From Spizellomyces punctatus DAOM BR117 (lineage: Eukaryota): a DNA stretch of 26,730 nt. Positions 1 to 10,396 of this stretch are shown in pieces. The stretch lies in NCBI GenBank assembly GCA_000182565.2, contig KQ257475.1; one strand, given 5' to 3'. The notes beneath the pieces were generated by a model. It was given only the letters and a program-made list of their open reading frames with translations, was not told where the DNA came from and did not search any database. Position numbers and translations under genes: made by a program. Each line of letters opens with the position of its first letter. Position 1 is the first letter of the stretch.

Positions 1-2554
1 TGTTCGACTTTGCGCATTTCTACATTGGAGCGCAAGATAAGGCCAAACGCATGTTTCTTTCCGTCCAATACCCGGAAATCTTTTGGTAGCTCCATATCTC
101 TCGGGTCAGGAACCTTCATTCCCAATTCGAATGGCTTTCCTCCTGCTATTGTCCCTCCAGATGCGAGGGCGGGCATAGTCATTCCATCGCCAGCGTGGTT
201 CTCTTGGAGTTGATCGGACTGTTGTTGTGGCTCATGGGCAGATGAAGGACGGGACAATGTAACTCCAGGAGAGGACTGACTGGTCGATGAAGTTTCGAAA
301 ACTCGTCGTGCGGCTTCACGTAGCCGACTCACAACAGATTCCAAATCGTTTGAAGCTATCAAATCATGTTCGTACCGTAGCTCAAAGTCCACGTCTCTAC
401 GCTATAACATGGATTCGACTCATGTCAGCTGGACTGTAGAATGATCTGGGGCATATCAAACCTACCTGGCGCAGAAAATCAAACTGGGATTCTTGCCACC
501 CTTCAAACTCTGGATAAAACGCCACGTCGCGGATCCAGTCGGCATATCGCAACCGGGGAGCATTTGGGTCTAAAGCAATTCGGAGATGTGATTATCATGT
601 TTTCCCGGATACAGACGACATAATTTGGTGCATACTTTTGAATCCTGGATGTAAATTCAATCCCGCCAAAGCCGCAAGCGAAGCCTTTGAATCGTGTACA
701 GACGCAGACCCTTGTTGCGCACTCGGCAATCCAGCGGGTGCTGCACTTCCCACCCTCTGCTCAGATGGAGCAGTTTCACCATCAGAAATGATGCCAATAA
801 CATCATACGGTGGGAAAGATATCTCGGCTGTTTGCCGCCGAAAGGCTTCAGAAAACTTTGAATCTACTTCGTACGCAAATGGCCGGCCATCTTCGCGCGA
901 GATGGGGGTTTCGAGGTTCCAGTACGCAACGAGTAGATCGAATTCGGTCAGAAAGTCTTCAATTCGCGGAGTCTTGACGGGCGGGTTTTCAATATAACTA
1001 GTGTCAAATGAAAAGCAAATCAACGAGCCGCTCAGTCAGACCAATCTCCTCTGATCGCAATGCTTAACCCTACTTGTTTATGCCCTCCAAAATATTCAAG
1101 GTCTCCAAAACTCCCTGTGAAGGCTTGGCTTCGTTCACCAGTCGGTAATCCTTGATAAGTTGAACCCGGTCGCTGTGCACGAGCATCTTTTTGAGCATGA
1201 GCGGGAGATTTGATCGTGCGGGGTTTACGCAACGCGTACTAGTCTTTAGACTTTTGGGTATCCCTTACCTTGGCTCTTTGAATGAACATTTCAACGTGTT
1301 TTCGGGCAGCTATGGTTGAGATTGACCAACGGAGGAAGACTACAAAATCACTGATGTCGAATAAAGGATCGGTGCCGAGCTCATTTGGGCCAAAAGGTGG
1401 CGATGGGGCTTCTGTTGCCGACTTTGTGGATCCCGCTGCTTCTCCACCTTGCTGTTCTCCCCCCGCCATTTTGGTGCTCTGTCTTCCTTGACTGGCGGCC
1501 GTCTTTCCCACCGCTGTTGTCTTTGGACGGGTATTTTGTAAAATACCTCGACGTTCGCGCTCGATTCGTTCCGCCTCAGCTCTCGCCTGGAATTTAAAAT
1601 GTCAATGTTACTCTCTCCTATTCGCTTGGTGCAAGACGCCTTTACCTCCTCCTCCCGCGCACGGCGTTGCTGTCCCTCGTGAGCGTCCGCTAGCCTCTCA
1701 TATCTGCTGACTGCATCTGTGTACTCAGCTTGCAACCACTCTTGATATCTTTGAAAGGTGGTGAAAAACGTTGCAATGTCATAGGACGTACGACCTGGTA
1801 AACCAAACTCATTAGTGACGTGTCTTCCATTGCCCATGATAGGTTGAACGTACAGAATCTGCTCCATCTGGATAACAAAAGCGCGTTCTCTTCTACTAGC
1901 TGCGTTGCCTTTTCCTTGTAAAAAGTCATCAACAGCAGAAATAACTTGTCGGATGTGAGCTCGGCGTCAACATTCCAGTAACTGTCGAGCTATGTCATGT
2001 GTCAGAGGAGATCTAGTTTTACATGAGATAAAAGTACAAGATCTACCTCCTGTGCAATCGCCTCCCAAGCGTATTTTACTTTAACAGGCATCTCTATCCG
2101 AAGTATATTTTCTAGTCGCTCGGCTCGGATTTGCTTGAACTTTTCAAACACGCTTTTTTCAAAGCATTAACCAAGTCATATGGTGCTTAACTTGTATTTA
2201 ATGTTAAACAAACCTCATCCCTTGATAGGCACCCAGTCGATCTCTTCGGCCACTGATATTTTGATAGTCTTTGTGTCGACCTTCGTGAAGCCCGCGAATG
2301 TCATTGAGTAGCTAGGATCATATTCTTAATCAATGGATGCAGGGAAAAAAGCTTATGGGCTTTCTTAAACCTACGTCTTCCATTCTCTTATCTAAAGCAA
2401 ATAAACTTTCTGGTGGCTGCTCTTTCAATTCATCAGGGATCTCGGCTTCCACTTTTTCGTTTGCCAGCGGGTCTAGTTCGGCTTGGGCGGCAAGTGCTGC
2501 GACACCGGCCGCGACCGACAATTTCTCGGCCGCGCTGGCAGATGCAGCTGCCAT
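1..2554 (-). CDS. CCDC162/C6orf183 (DUF4549)-like coiled-coil protein; multi-exon (~10 exons in window), 3' end runs off the window
   Basis: ATG at 2554; exon 1 2554-2375. Manual GT-AG splicing gives an open frame: ...KFKQIRAERLENILRI...AIAQELDSYW...LFLLLMTFYKEKATQLVEENALLLSRWSRFC|RTSYDIATFFTTFQRYQEWLQAEYTDAVSRYERL...DISDFVVFLRW...YADWIR. This parallels my recollection of animal CCDC162 (LPLLLLQYYTERITQL..LRWKRFC..QEYNDAVQRAERL..DLVIYxRW). Family call is from memory. Confidence 0.72.
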
Positions 2555-3510
2555 ATTAGAATAGTTTTAAAAAGGACAGTCTAATCCCTCCTGCGGTTTT
2601 CTAACTACGACCAAATGTGCCCAATTTCCTCAAAACCGATATAAGTCGGACTTGAACACGCTCATCGCGATTCCATGTGACGTGGCGCATGGGGCTTACG
2701 TGATGCCGATCCATTTTTGTGTTGCTGAGGGCGGTTGAACTTATGGTTACCGATACTAGTTCATAGAATGGAACTATTGACCCGCGCAATAGAATCAAAA
2801 GACGGATTAGCCGTCGTTGAGCGGGTAACTTTGCCCACTATCAGGCAGGAATGGCTGCAAGCGATATGATCTATCTTGGGCGGGAACTCGAAACTGTTAT
2901 GTGTTGTAGACAAGATGCTGGCGGGTTGTGGCCTTCAAGTGGTTCACGTAGGAGGCTCCTTATTTAGACATGGTAGCCCAATATCCACCAAAACTTGAAT
3001 TATCAAAGTTTTATACTATGAGTAGGTCCGTATTTGTTTTGGAATCCTGCACACATTTGTGGGCATGTAGCAGTCATGCAAGATGCGCCGAACCCGCCCA
3101 ATGCCCCACACCGAATGTCTCTGTTTTGGTTCCCAAAATGCTGTCATTGTGCAAAATCCCTTGCTGTTGCGGCGCCTCCTTGCTGGTGCGTCGCCAGTGG
3201 GTGGTCGGGGATCGCACAGTGTTCCTGTGCATGCGCCAGTGCAGGCTCCTGTGCATGCTCCATGTGCAGGCTCATGTGGATGTTCCATCTGCCAGGCAAG
3301 TTCAACAACCACACAATCACGTGAAAATATCCAATGCACTCTAATGCGATGTGCCACTGTACGACATTGCCGTAACCTAAAAAGGCAATGCTTACTCATC
3401 ACTCTAATACTAAGCCCCTTTCAAAACACTGCAAGAGAACACAATGAAAAAGGAAGGCTTTGGGGCGGGTGAGCGTTTGCCGAAAAGGAGAACGGTGACT
3501 TTTTTGGTTT

Positions 3511-3512
<2 letters not shown>

Positions 3513-3541
<29 letters not shown>
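3513..3541 (+). repeat. poly(G) tract, 29 nt
   Basis: Uninterrupted G run about 300 bp upstream of the cyclase ATG. Confidence 0.95.
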
Positions 3542-3844
3542 AAGGCAAGTGCAAGAAGCAAAGGAGGTTTGAAAGGCAAGCGGCACTTTTCCACCCCATT
3601 TTTTTTTATTCTTTTTGGCTTTGTTTGCAAGCTTTGTATCTTGCTCCCCCGCTTCCTCGTCCTTCAGCAGTTTTCTTTTTGCGTGTGGCTACGATCGTTT
3701 AGCGTTTTTAGTTGTCCTGCAGTGGAGGAACTGTTGTCTTTAAAGAGTTTGGGTGCTGTTCGACGATAGCAGACCTATTCTCTACGCTTCCTATCCTCGC
3801 TTTTTATATTACCCAATACCACACATTTATATAAATCACACAGA

Positions 3845-5949
3845 ATGGAGTCAATATACGCATATCCTCCCGCAGTTCACAGAGAAGATGCCTATTTGCA
3901 AGCCTATGCGGCGCTAACTGGCGGAAAGCGACGGCCATCCGATGAATCCATCACATCCGGAATGACCTCGGCAACAAAGACGAGCGATCCACGGCCAAGC
4001 AATATCAACAACACGAACGGCTCGAGTGCAGACAAGCTGATCATGCACACATCGCCCAGACGGTCAGTCGCCACAGACGATGCCGCCCGATTGGTCTACA
4101 TGACAAAGTTTGGAGGAAAGACAGACTTTCCGTTGGTGAGAGAAGAAACGACCATTGGGCGAAAGGATGATAACCACATTGCATTGCCGTGCGCCAAAAT
4201 CTCAAAGTACCACGCAGTCGTCAAGAGAGGTGAACATGGTTACTACATACGGGACCGAAATTCTTCAAACGGCATCAAGATTAATGAAAAGCTCATTTCG
4301 AGTGCTCCACAGCTACTCAAGGATGGCGACAAGATTGATATCGGGACGTTTACATTGTTTTTTCAAGATGAGGTTCAGGAGGACGGTGGACAGGCCCAGA
4401 GAAATTCGTACGAGCCATCAAGCCCTCTTTCACCCACTGCCTCGACAGTCAACGGAACCCTAACCCAACGCCCCTCTTCCCTCACAGAAGAGGAATACCG
4501 CTTTACAAAACTTGTCACTATTCTTCCCTCTGATCAAAAGTATGAAGAAAGTGTTACGATCAGAGCCGAAATGTCTGCAACAACCGCCGATACGGATTTT
4601 CGGCAATGCCAGGATGTAGCAGACATGGCCACCTTGAAAGAGGACTATGAAAAGCTTCGACTCGCATATGAACTGTCCAAAGTTTTTACGACGAATGTCA
4701 CGGAAGCACTTTCCAAATCTTGCGAACTCATGTTTGAAATCCTCCCCGTCGATCGTGCCGTTGTTCTACTGGTTGATGACGACACCAATATGCTTGGAAC
4801 ACATTATGTCAAAGTACGGGAAGGCAAAGGTTACGATAAAAAGGAAATATGCCTGAGTTCCACTATCCTACGCAAGGTGTATCACTCCCGCAAGTGCCTT
4901 ATTACATCGGACGCGTTTGAAGATCCCATGTTGAGCAAACAGGCGTCCGTCAAAGTCGGTCAAATTCGGTCGGTCATTTGCGTTCCTTTGATTGCTCACA
5001 GCAAAGTTCTTGGAATCCTTCACCTGGACTCACGGGACAGGATAAACACCTTTTCGAAAAAGGATCTATCTCTTGTGTTGACCATCTCGACGCAAACCGC
5101 TATGGCGATCGAAAATTCAATGTTGATTAAAGAGATTCAGCAAAAAGCACGATTGACCGAAAACTTGTCCCGGTTCTTGCCTCCTCATGTGGTTTCCAAA
5201 ATGACGAGTGCCAAGGGTTCAGAGGGCATCACTCGCGGTGGTGGGCGGGATACAGTGGGAACAATTTTGTTTGCGGATATCAGAGGGTTCACGCAGATGA
5301 GCGAAAAGAGTACTCCGAGTGAGGTTGTGAGTTTGTTGAACGATTACTTTGAGCGGGTAAGTTCTGTCCCTCCAAGAGACGTTAATATGCTACTTGTCCT
5401 AATAAAAGGTCTTTTACCAGCTGGTGAATATTGTATTCAAGTACTCTGGTGTGGTCGACAAGTACATTGGTGATGCTCTCATGGCGGCCTTTGGCACACT
5501 CGAGCATGAAGGCCCGGACGCCGAGTACCGTGCCGTCTGTGCTGCCCTTGAATTCAAGCAAGCAATCGACGACATGAACGAGGAGCGGGCCAAGGTGGGC
5601 AAAGAGCCCATCTCGATTGGAATTGGTCTCAACACTGGTAAAGAAAAGCTTTTATGTTTGTATATTGAGATCGACGCGTGTATGAACCATTTTTGTTTCT
5701 ATTCCAGGTGAACTCTTGACGGGCTTTATTGGCTCTCCTCAGCGTCTCGAATACACTTGCATTGGCGACACTGTCAACACGTCCTCACGTATTTGTTCAA
5801 TGGCGTCTGTAAACCAAGTTTTAATTTCACAGTCGACCTTTGACGCCATCACAGGACGTGTGGAAGTCGTTCCGGTCGGTTTGCGCATGTTTAAGGGAAA
5901 AGTGAAGGAAGTGATGGTTTGGGAAGCGATAGGGATTCTGCCAGTATGA
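3845..5949 (+). CDS. FHA-GAF-class III adenylate cyclase (~656 aa, soluble); exons 3845-5356, 5421-5637, 5708-5949
   Basis: FHA motifs TIGR..ISKYHA..DRNSSNG. GAF motifs DRAVVLL..IRSVICVPL..LGILHLDS..FSKKDL..AMAIEN. Cyclase motifs FADIRGFT, DKYIGDALMA, GIGLNTG, EYTCIGDTVNTSSRI. Two canonical introns (gtaagt..ccag, gtaaag..ccag) restore the frame. Confidence 0.95.
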
Positions 5950-6504
5950 AATTGCTGTGTTTGGTGGACTGTAATTATTATTCTTATTTTGGGTTTGGTT
6001 GCTGATGGGTGGTGTATATATACTGCACATGTATGAAATTTAAATTCGCAAAGATTGGCATATTGGACTCGTTAACATTTTTTTGCATATTCTGAAGGGA
6101 TAAGTGTTTATTGTCTTGATTGGCGGTACGCCCGATACTTGCCTCTGATCATGTGATTCGGTAACAAAGATGGGACCTGCAATTTGATCCCATTTAGCTT
6201 TGGTTGGGTTGTCGAATCGCAATTACTGAAATGGATCGACGTTGACCATGCGCATCAAACGAGATCAAACGAGTCGATCACCGTGGTATCTATCGACTAC
6301 GAAAAACGATCTCCTCCTTGCGTCATGATCAAGCCCCGTACTTTGTCTGTGTACCTTACGAGATGAACGCCAAAGGACGCAGATTGTCTCCTGGGGCGTT
6401 ACAAACCGTCACCCGCGGGGTCATCGAAAGGTATACAGCCAGGGATAAGCTTATTATCCCCTTTATAAGGGGGACAACGAGAACAGGCGTTCAGTTCAAA
6501 AGAT

Positions 6505-6525
6505 GGGGGGGGGGGGGGGGGGGGG
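6505..6525 (+). repeat. poly(G) tract, 21 nt
   Basis: Uninterrupted G run in the cyclase-Pmp3 intergenic region. Confidence 0.95.
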
Positions 6526-7021
6526 CTTTGCTGAGGTTTAAGAGAAATGTCACGCTGTACGACTACAGCGTTTTTTGGGGAATGTTTCGTCGGTATGGAT
6601 ACGTCATGCTTCCATATCTAGATTTAATCACTTGTGGTAAAACAGAACGACGGGCCGTCTTTTTAATTGGATTTTCTATGCTCTCCATGTTCTGTAGCCA
6701 TTTGACTTGTTAGCGTTATTGGCTGACCCAACCACAAATGTTTTGTAGACAGCTGCAGTATGTTTTGCATGCTTTCAATCTTGTTCTTTTATGATGGCCT
6801 ACACTAGCGGAGGTCACAGTTTTTGAAGATCTTGTCCTATCTTGCGCGATGGTCAAGGACAATCAAACAGTACTGAAGAATAACCAATAATATCAGCGTC
6901 ATTTCATGACATGGCATTTCCTTTTGCTTTTGTTTTCATAAAATCACACACATTAAAAACACTCCAACACACACACGAAAGAGAAGCGAAATTCCATAGT
7001 CACAAATGACATACCTGTGCA

Positions 7022-7097
7022 TGACGTCAGAACGCGTTGATGTTTCTTTCTCCTCCTCCTTGGCTTCTCCTTTAGTGCCAAAATCGAGATATAAAAA
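7022..7097 (+). promoter_or_regulatory. Pmp3 promoter: CRE palindrome TGACGTCA (7022-7029) and TATA box TATAAAAA (7090-7097)
   Basis: Perfect ATF/CREB consensus about 60 bp upstream of a canonical TATA box, which lies about 130 bp upstream of the ATG. Confidence 0.55.
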
Positions 7098-7223
7098 GGG
7101 TTGGACTGGCAGCCGTTTCCCTTTTTATTCTTTACTCTTCAGATTCTGCAAGACGGGCATATAGCCAACAACATACAAGAACAACCAACACACGACCAAC
7201 CCATCACTACACACACAAAAAGA

Positions 7224-7484
7224 ATGGTGTCCGCAGCTCAAATATGCGATTACCTTCTCGCCTTTTTCCTTCCACCTCTTGGTGTCTTTTTCAAGCGAGG
7301 CTGTTCGGCAGATACGTTTATTAACATTGGATTGACCATCCTTGGATATATCCCAGGTAAGCTGCTTTAGTCTATTGGATGAATGACAAAAGATTGGGTT
7401 CTAATGACGCGCGTTTCGTTGGTAGGAATAATACACGCCTTTTACATTATCCACAAGCACCGTCCAGGTGTTGTTCTGGCATGA
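7224..7484 (+). CDS. PMP3: Plasma membrane proteolipid 3 (Pmp3/RCI2 family), 63 aa; exons 7224-7356, 7426-7484
   Basis: MVSAAQICDYLLAFFLPPLGVFFKRGCSADTFINIGLTILGYIPG|IIHAFYIIHK... carries the family signatures LPPLGV, INIxLTILGYIPG and IIHA. Intron gtaagc..ctaat..gtag. Confidence 0.93.
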
Positions 7485-10396
7485 GAAGAGGGTTAGTGAT
7501 GTGAGGAGGAGGAGGAAATGGTGGGGGGACGAATTATGATGAACGGATGGCTTTTGTTATCTTTGTATACGATGTAATGCTATAGTCAAACACATTGGTT
7601 TTTATGTTTGAACTGGCCACTGTCTTGATGGTTGACGTTGCTGAGGTAGCATTTCATTCTTTGGGGATCCTTCAAAAGAAGAGAAGTAATGAATGATCCG
7701 AGCCACTAGCCCGTATACTGAAAAAACGTCGTGGCATGCAAATAATGGCACCCATTTCTCCTCCATTATCCAACTGGAACTTGCCGATCACACTGCTATT
7801 GCCGCAGCGCATGTATGTAAAGCGCATACTTACTGGCAAGAAAAAGTCAAATCGTCGGCAAATGTACGATCACCCTCCAATAAAACCCTCAATCAAGCGA
7901 GTCTCAATGCGGAAGACACATCATCAATTTCCGCACCCTTGTCTGCTTCAAGCACCGTCACAGAACAAAGACAGAGGAAGAAACACGAGTGCGCTATATA
8001 CTCTTGCCTAGAAAATCCCATTTCCGTCAGTGTATGTGCAATCCATCAACCCGGCAGCACATAGACCAAAAGAAAAGCAGGATATGAAAGTAAATGTACA
8101 TGGCCAAACCAGGCCACCATGATCCACTATAGCTGAGTGGACGGCCAAAACGCTCCATGCAGGCCTGGCTCTACCGCTTCACACGAGAGAACAAGATGCT
8201 GTTGAATGCCATGCACAATGTTGTGGGTACTGTGGTGCGGTGCTGTCGTGGTAGCAAAGGAAACACAACTGCTGTTTGACAAGGTACAGAGTTGGTACAG
8301 CCATGGTTTGTCAAAGAACAGATGCAAATCTCGATGCAATCATGTGTGGATGCAATGGTCTTGGCTTTGGAGGCGAGACGACATCCCAAAAATCCGACAA
8401 TCACCATGGCAATGAAAAATCACGTTTCTGCGGTCATGTGCCTTGTCACACTCTGGGGTTCCAGATCACGTTGCAGAATCACGTGGCGTTCATTCCTTGA
8501 GATGGTCGGACCGCAGTCTGGGCGACCAATGGGGAACACAAAAGCAGACCCAGGAAAGACGTTTTCAGAGCGGCCATATTTCCTTGGCGGGGAATCGGGC
8601 GGAAGATCCCGGATTTAAACGGTTTTAGACTCGAAAGAGACTCCCATCAGGGCTGGTTACGCAACGGCCTTTGGCCTGTCCCCTTTTAGATGATGCCAGA
8701 CGCCAAAAAAGGTCTTTTGCAAGCCATAGCCTGAAGGTTCATTGCCGCTTTTGGCGGCTTGTATCGTTGGTGGTGACGTTTTGAATCTGTCGTACAGCTG
8801 CGAATCGTCGGTTTGACAAATTGTTTTGATTGTTTGCTTTAGAATCCAGGTGCTTGTTCCCATCACATTCTCCATCAAAACCAGGAAACGATACTATTTC
8901 CACAAAATTGTGGTGGTTGAATGGTGATGATGGGGAGAGATGGGCCGCTTGGTTTGTGATTTAAGACGCCATCGTGGATGATATTTTTTTTATCGCAGTC
9001 CATCTCTATGCCCATTTTTTTAATTTCCCATTCAACAATCCATGATTCATGAATGGGGGACAAGAGTCTTTTTTTTTGCTGTAACCAATCGCTCGACGGA
9101 CCTTTTATATCCGGTACGCTGGCCAAGCCCTCCGATTTTCACGCATTAGTAACTTTGGAATGCCACCATTGGCCCCTTTGTCGGCACAAGCGAGTCGTTC
9201 CAAAGAACGACACCGCGGACAAGATCAAATATCCGCATCTCTCTTTTTTTTAATCTTTTCCTTTCTTCCGATTTCTGAATGGCGCGAGGTAAGTCAACCT
9301 GTGGGAAGAACGCCAATCGGCTCCAATGGGCAGTTCATCTAGGGCATTCCCATAAGGCATCCCATAGCCAAAATGTTGAAAGGTTCCGCTTTTACTACAG
9401 GGATGAATCATTTTGCAGTTGCGCCGGATGGTTGGGGAAGCAAGTTATGTCACCCTGTTGTGTACCAGAACAGCCCAGATGGAAACTGCGATGATTTGAA
9501 AGCTTCCCAATCAAAAGAATCACGATTTTCCATGGTGACTCCATGCCTCGGCCTTTTGAGTTGCCTTTGCCGAGGTCCAGACTCGCCACCACGAATAAGC
9601 CGCCCACACGCGACACGTCCCAGGAGGGAGGTAAGTATATAACCGATACCACGGGATAATGCGAGCGTTGTACAAGACACGATCACGATCGTTACCAAAA
9701 CTGCGGATAATGTATGTTCCACCAATTGGGCCGTGTGAATTGGAAATCATCTTTTTTCAACTGCGCTTTCCCCACCAATGGGCTGATTTCTTACGACATT
9801 TCTTTCTAGTCCGTAGTTCGGAGGGTTAAAGGGGTGGAGGGGGCGTTTGTCGTAAAAAAGGGCCTAAAAATAATTGTTTTACACAAGGGAACAACGGGTG
9901 GGAAGAACAAGAAGGGAATGGGAGGCGGTTTTTTTTGTGTTGGAGTGTGTTGTTGTTGTGTGTGTGCCGCGCGTTTTTTGGCCCTGGAGAGAAACCTCAT
10001 TTTGTAAAATGTCGCAAACTGGGGGACAAAGGATGGGATATTCGTCATGGTGGTCGGGATGATGATGCATGAAATTGAGGGTTCCTTTGATTTTTTTCCT
10101 TTTTTTGACCCGTCGGCCCTCCATGGACTCTAGCCTTATTTTAGATACTCAATATTATCCCACTTTTAAAGAGCAGTTCTCCTCCCCTCCGTGGAATTTA
10201 TTATAAAAGATCCTTTTTTTTTTTCCTTGGCTGTGGGTTTCTGCAGTTCTGCCACAAGATCTAAAAAGGAAGACGCTTTCTTGCATCGCCGCCCCTTTCA
10301 ATAACCATCCAGACACACACACATCTGCATCTGCAAAAAACATTCAAGAAGCACGCATACCCACAATCCACGAAAACTTAGATCCTTTCCAATACG

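Noticed and set aside
2740..2830. GTTACC/GGTAAC half-sites as a possible RFX X-box for the CCDC162-like gene
   Set aside because: Only half-sites; they do not match the full X-box consensus.
2970..3472. Overlapping Cys-rich ORFs and an imperfect ~12-bp repeat (gcaggctcctgt/gcatgctccatgt, VHAPVQAPVHAP)
   Set aside because: No recognisable family, inconsistent frames and no CpG depletion. It may be a decayed relic, but I cannot support a call.
6234..6279. 7-bp inverted repeat enclosing a duplicated ATCAAACGAG 10-mer
   Set aside because: Too short to distinguish from chance; not a CRISPR array or MITE.
7536..7644. ATGATGA...CTGA, possible box C/D snoRNA
   Set aside because: Lies in the probable PMP3 3' UTR; no terminal stem or rRNA-complementary guide recognised.
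7693..8630. Several 60-120-aa ORFs on both strands
   Set aside because: No motifs and no coherent splice model.
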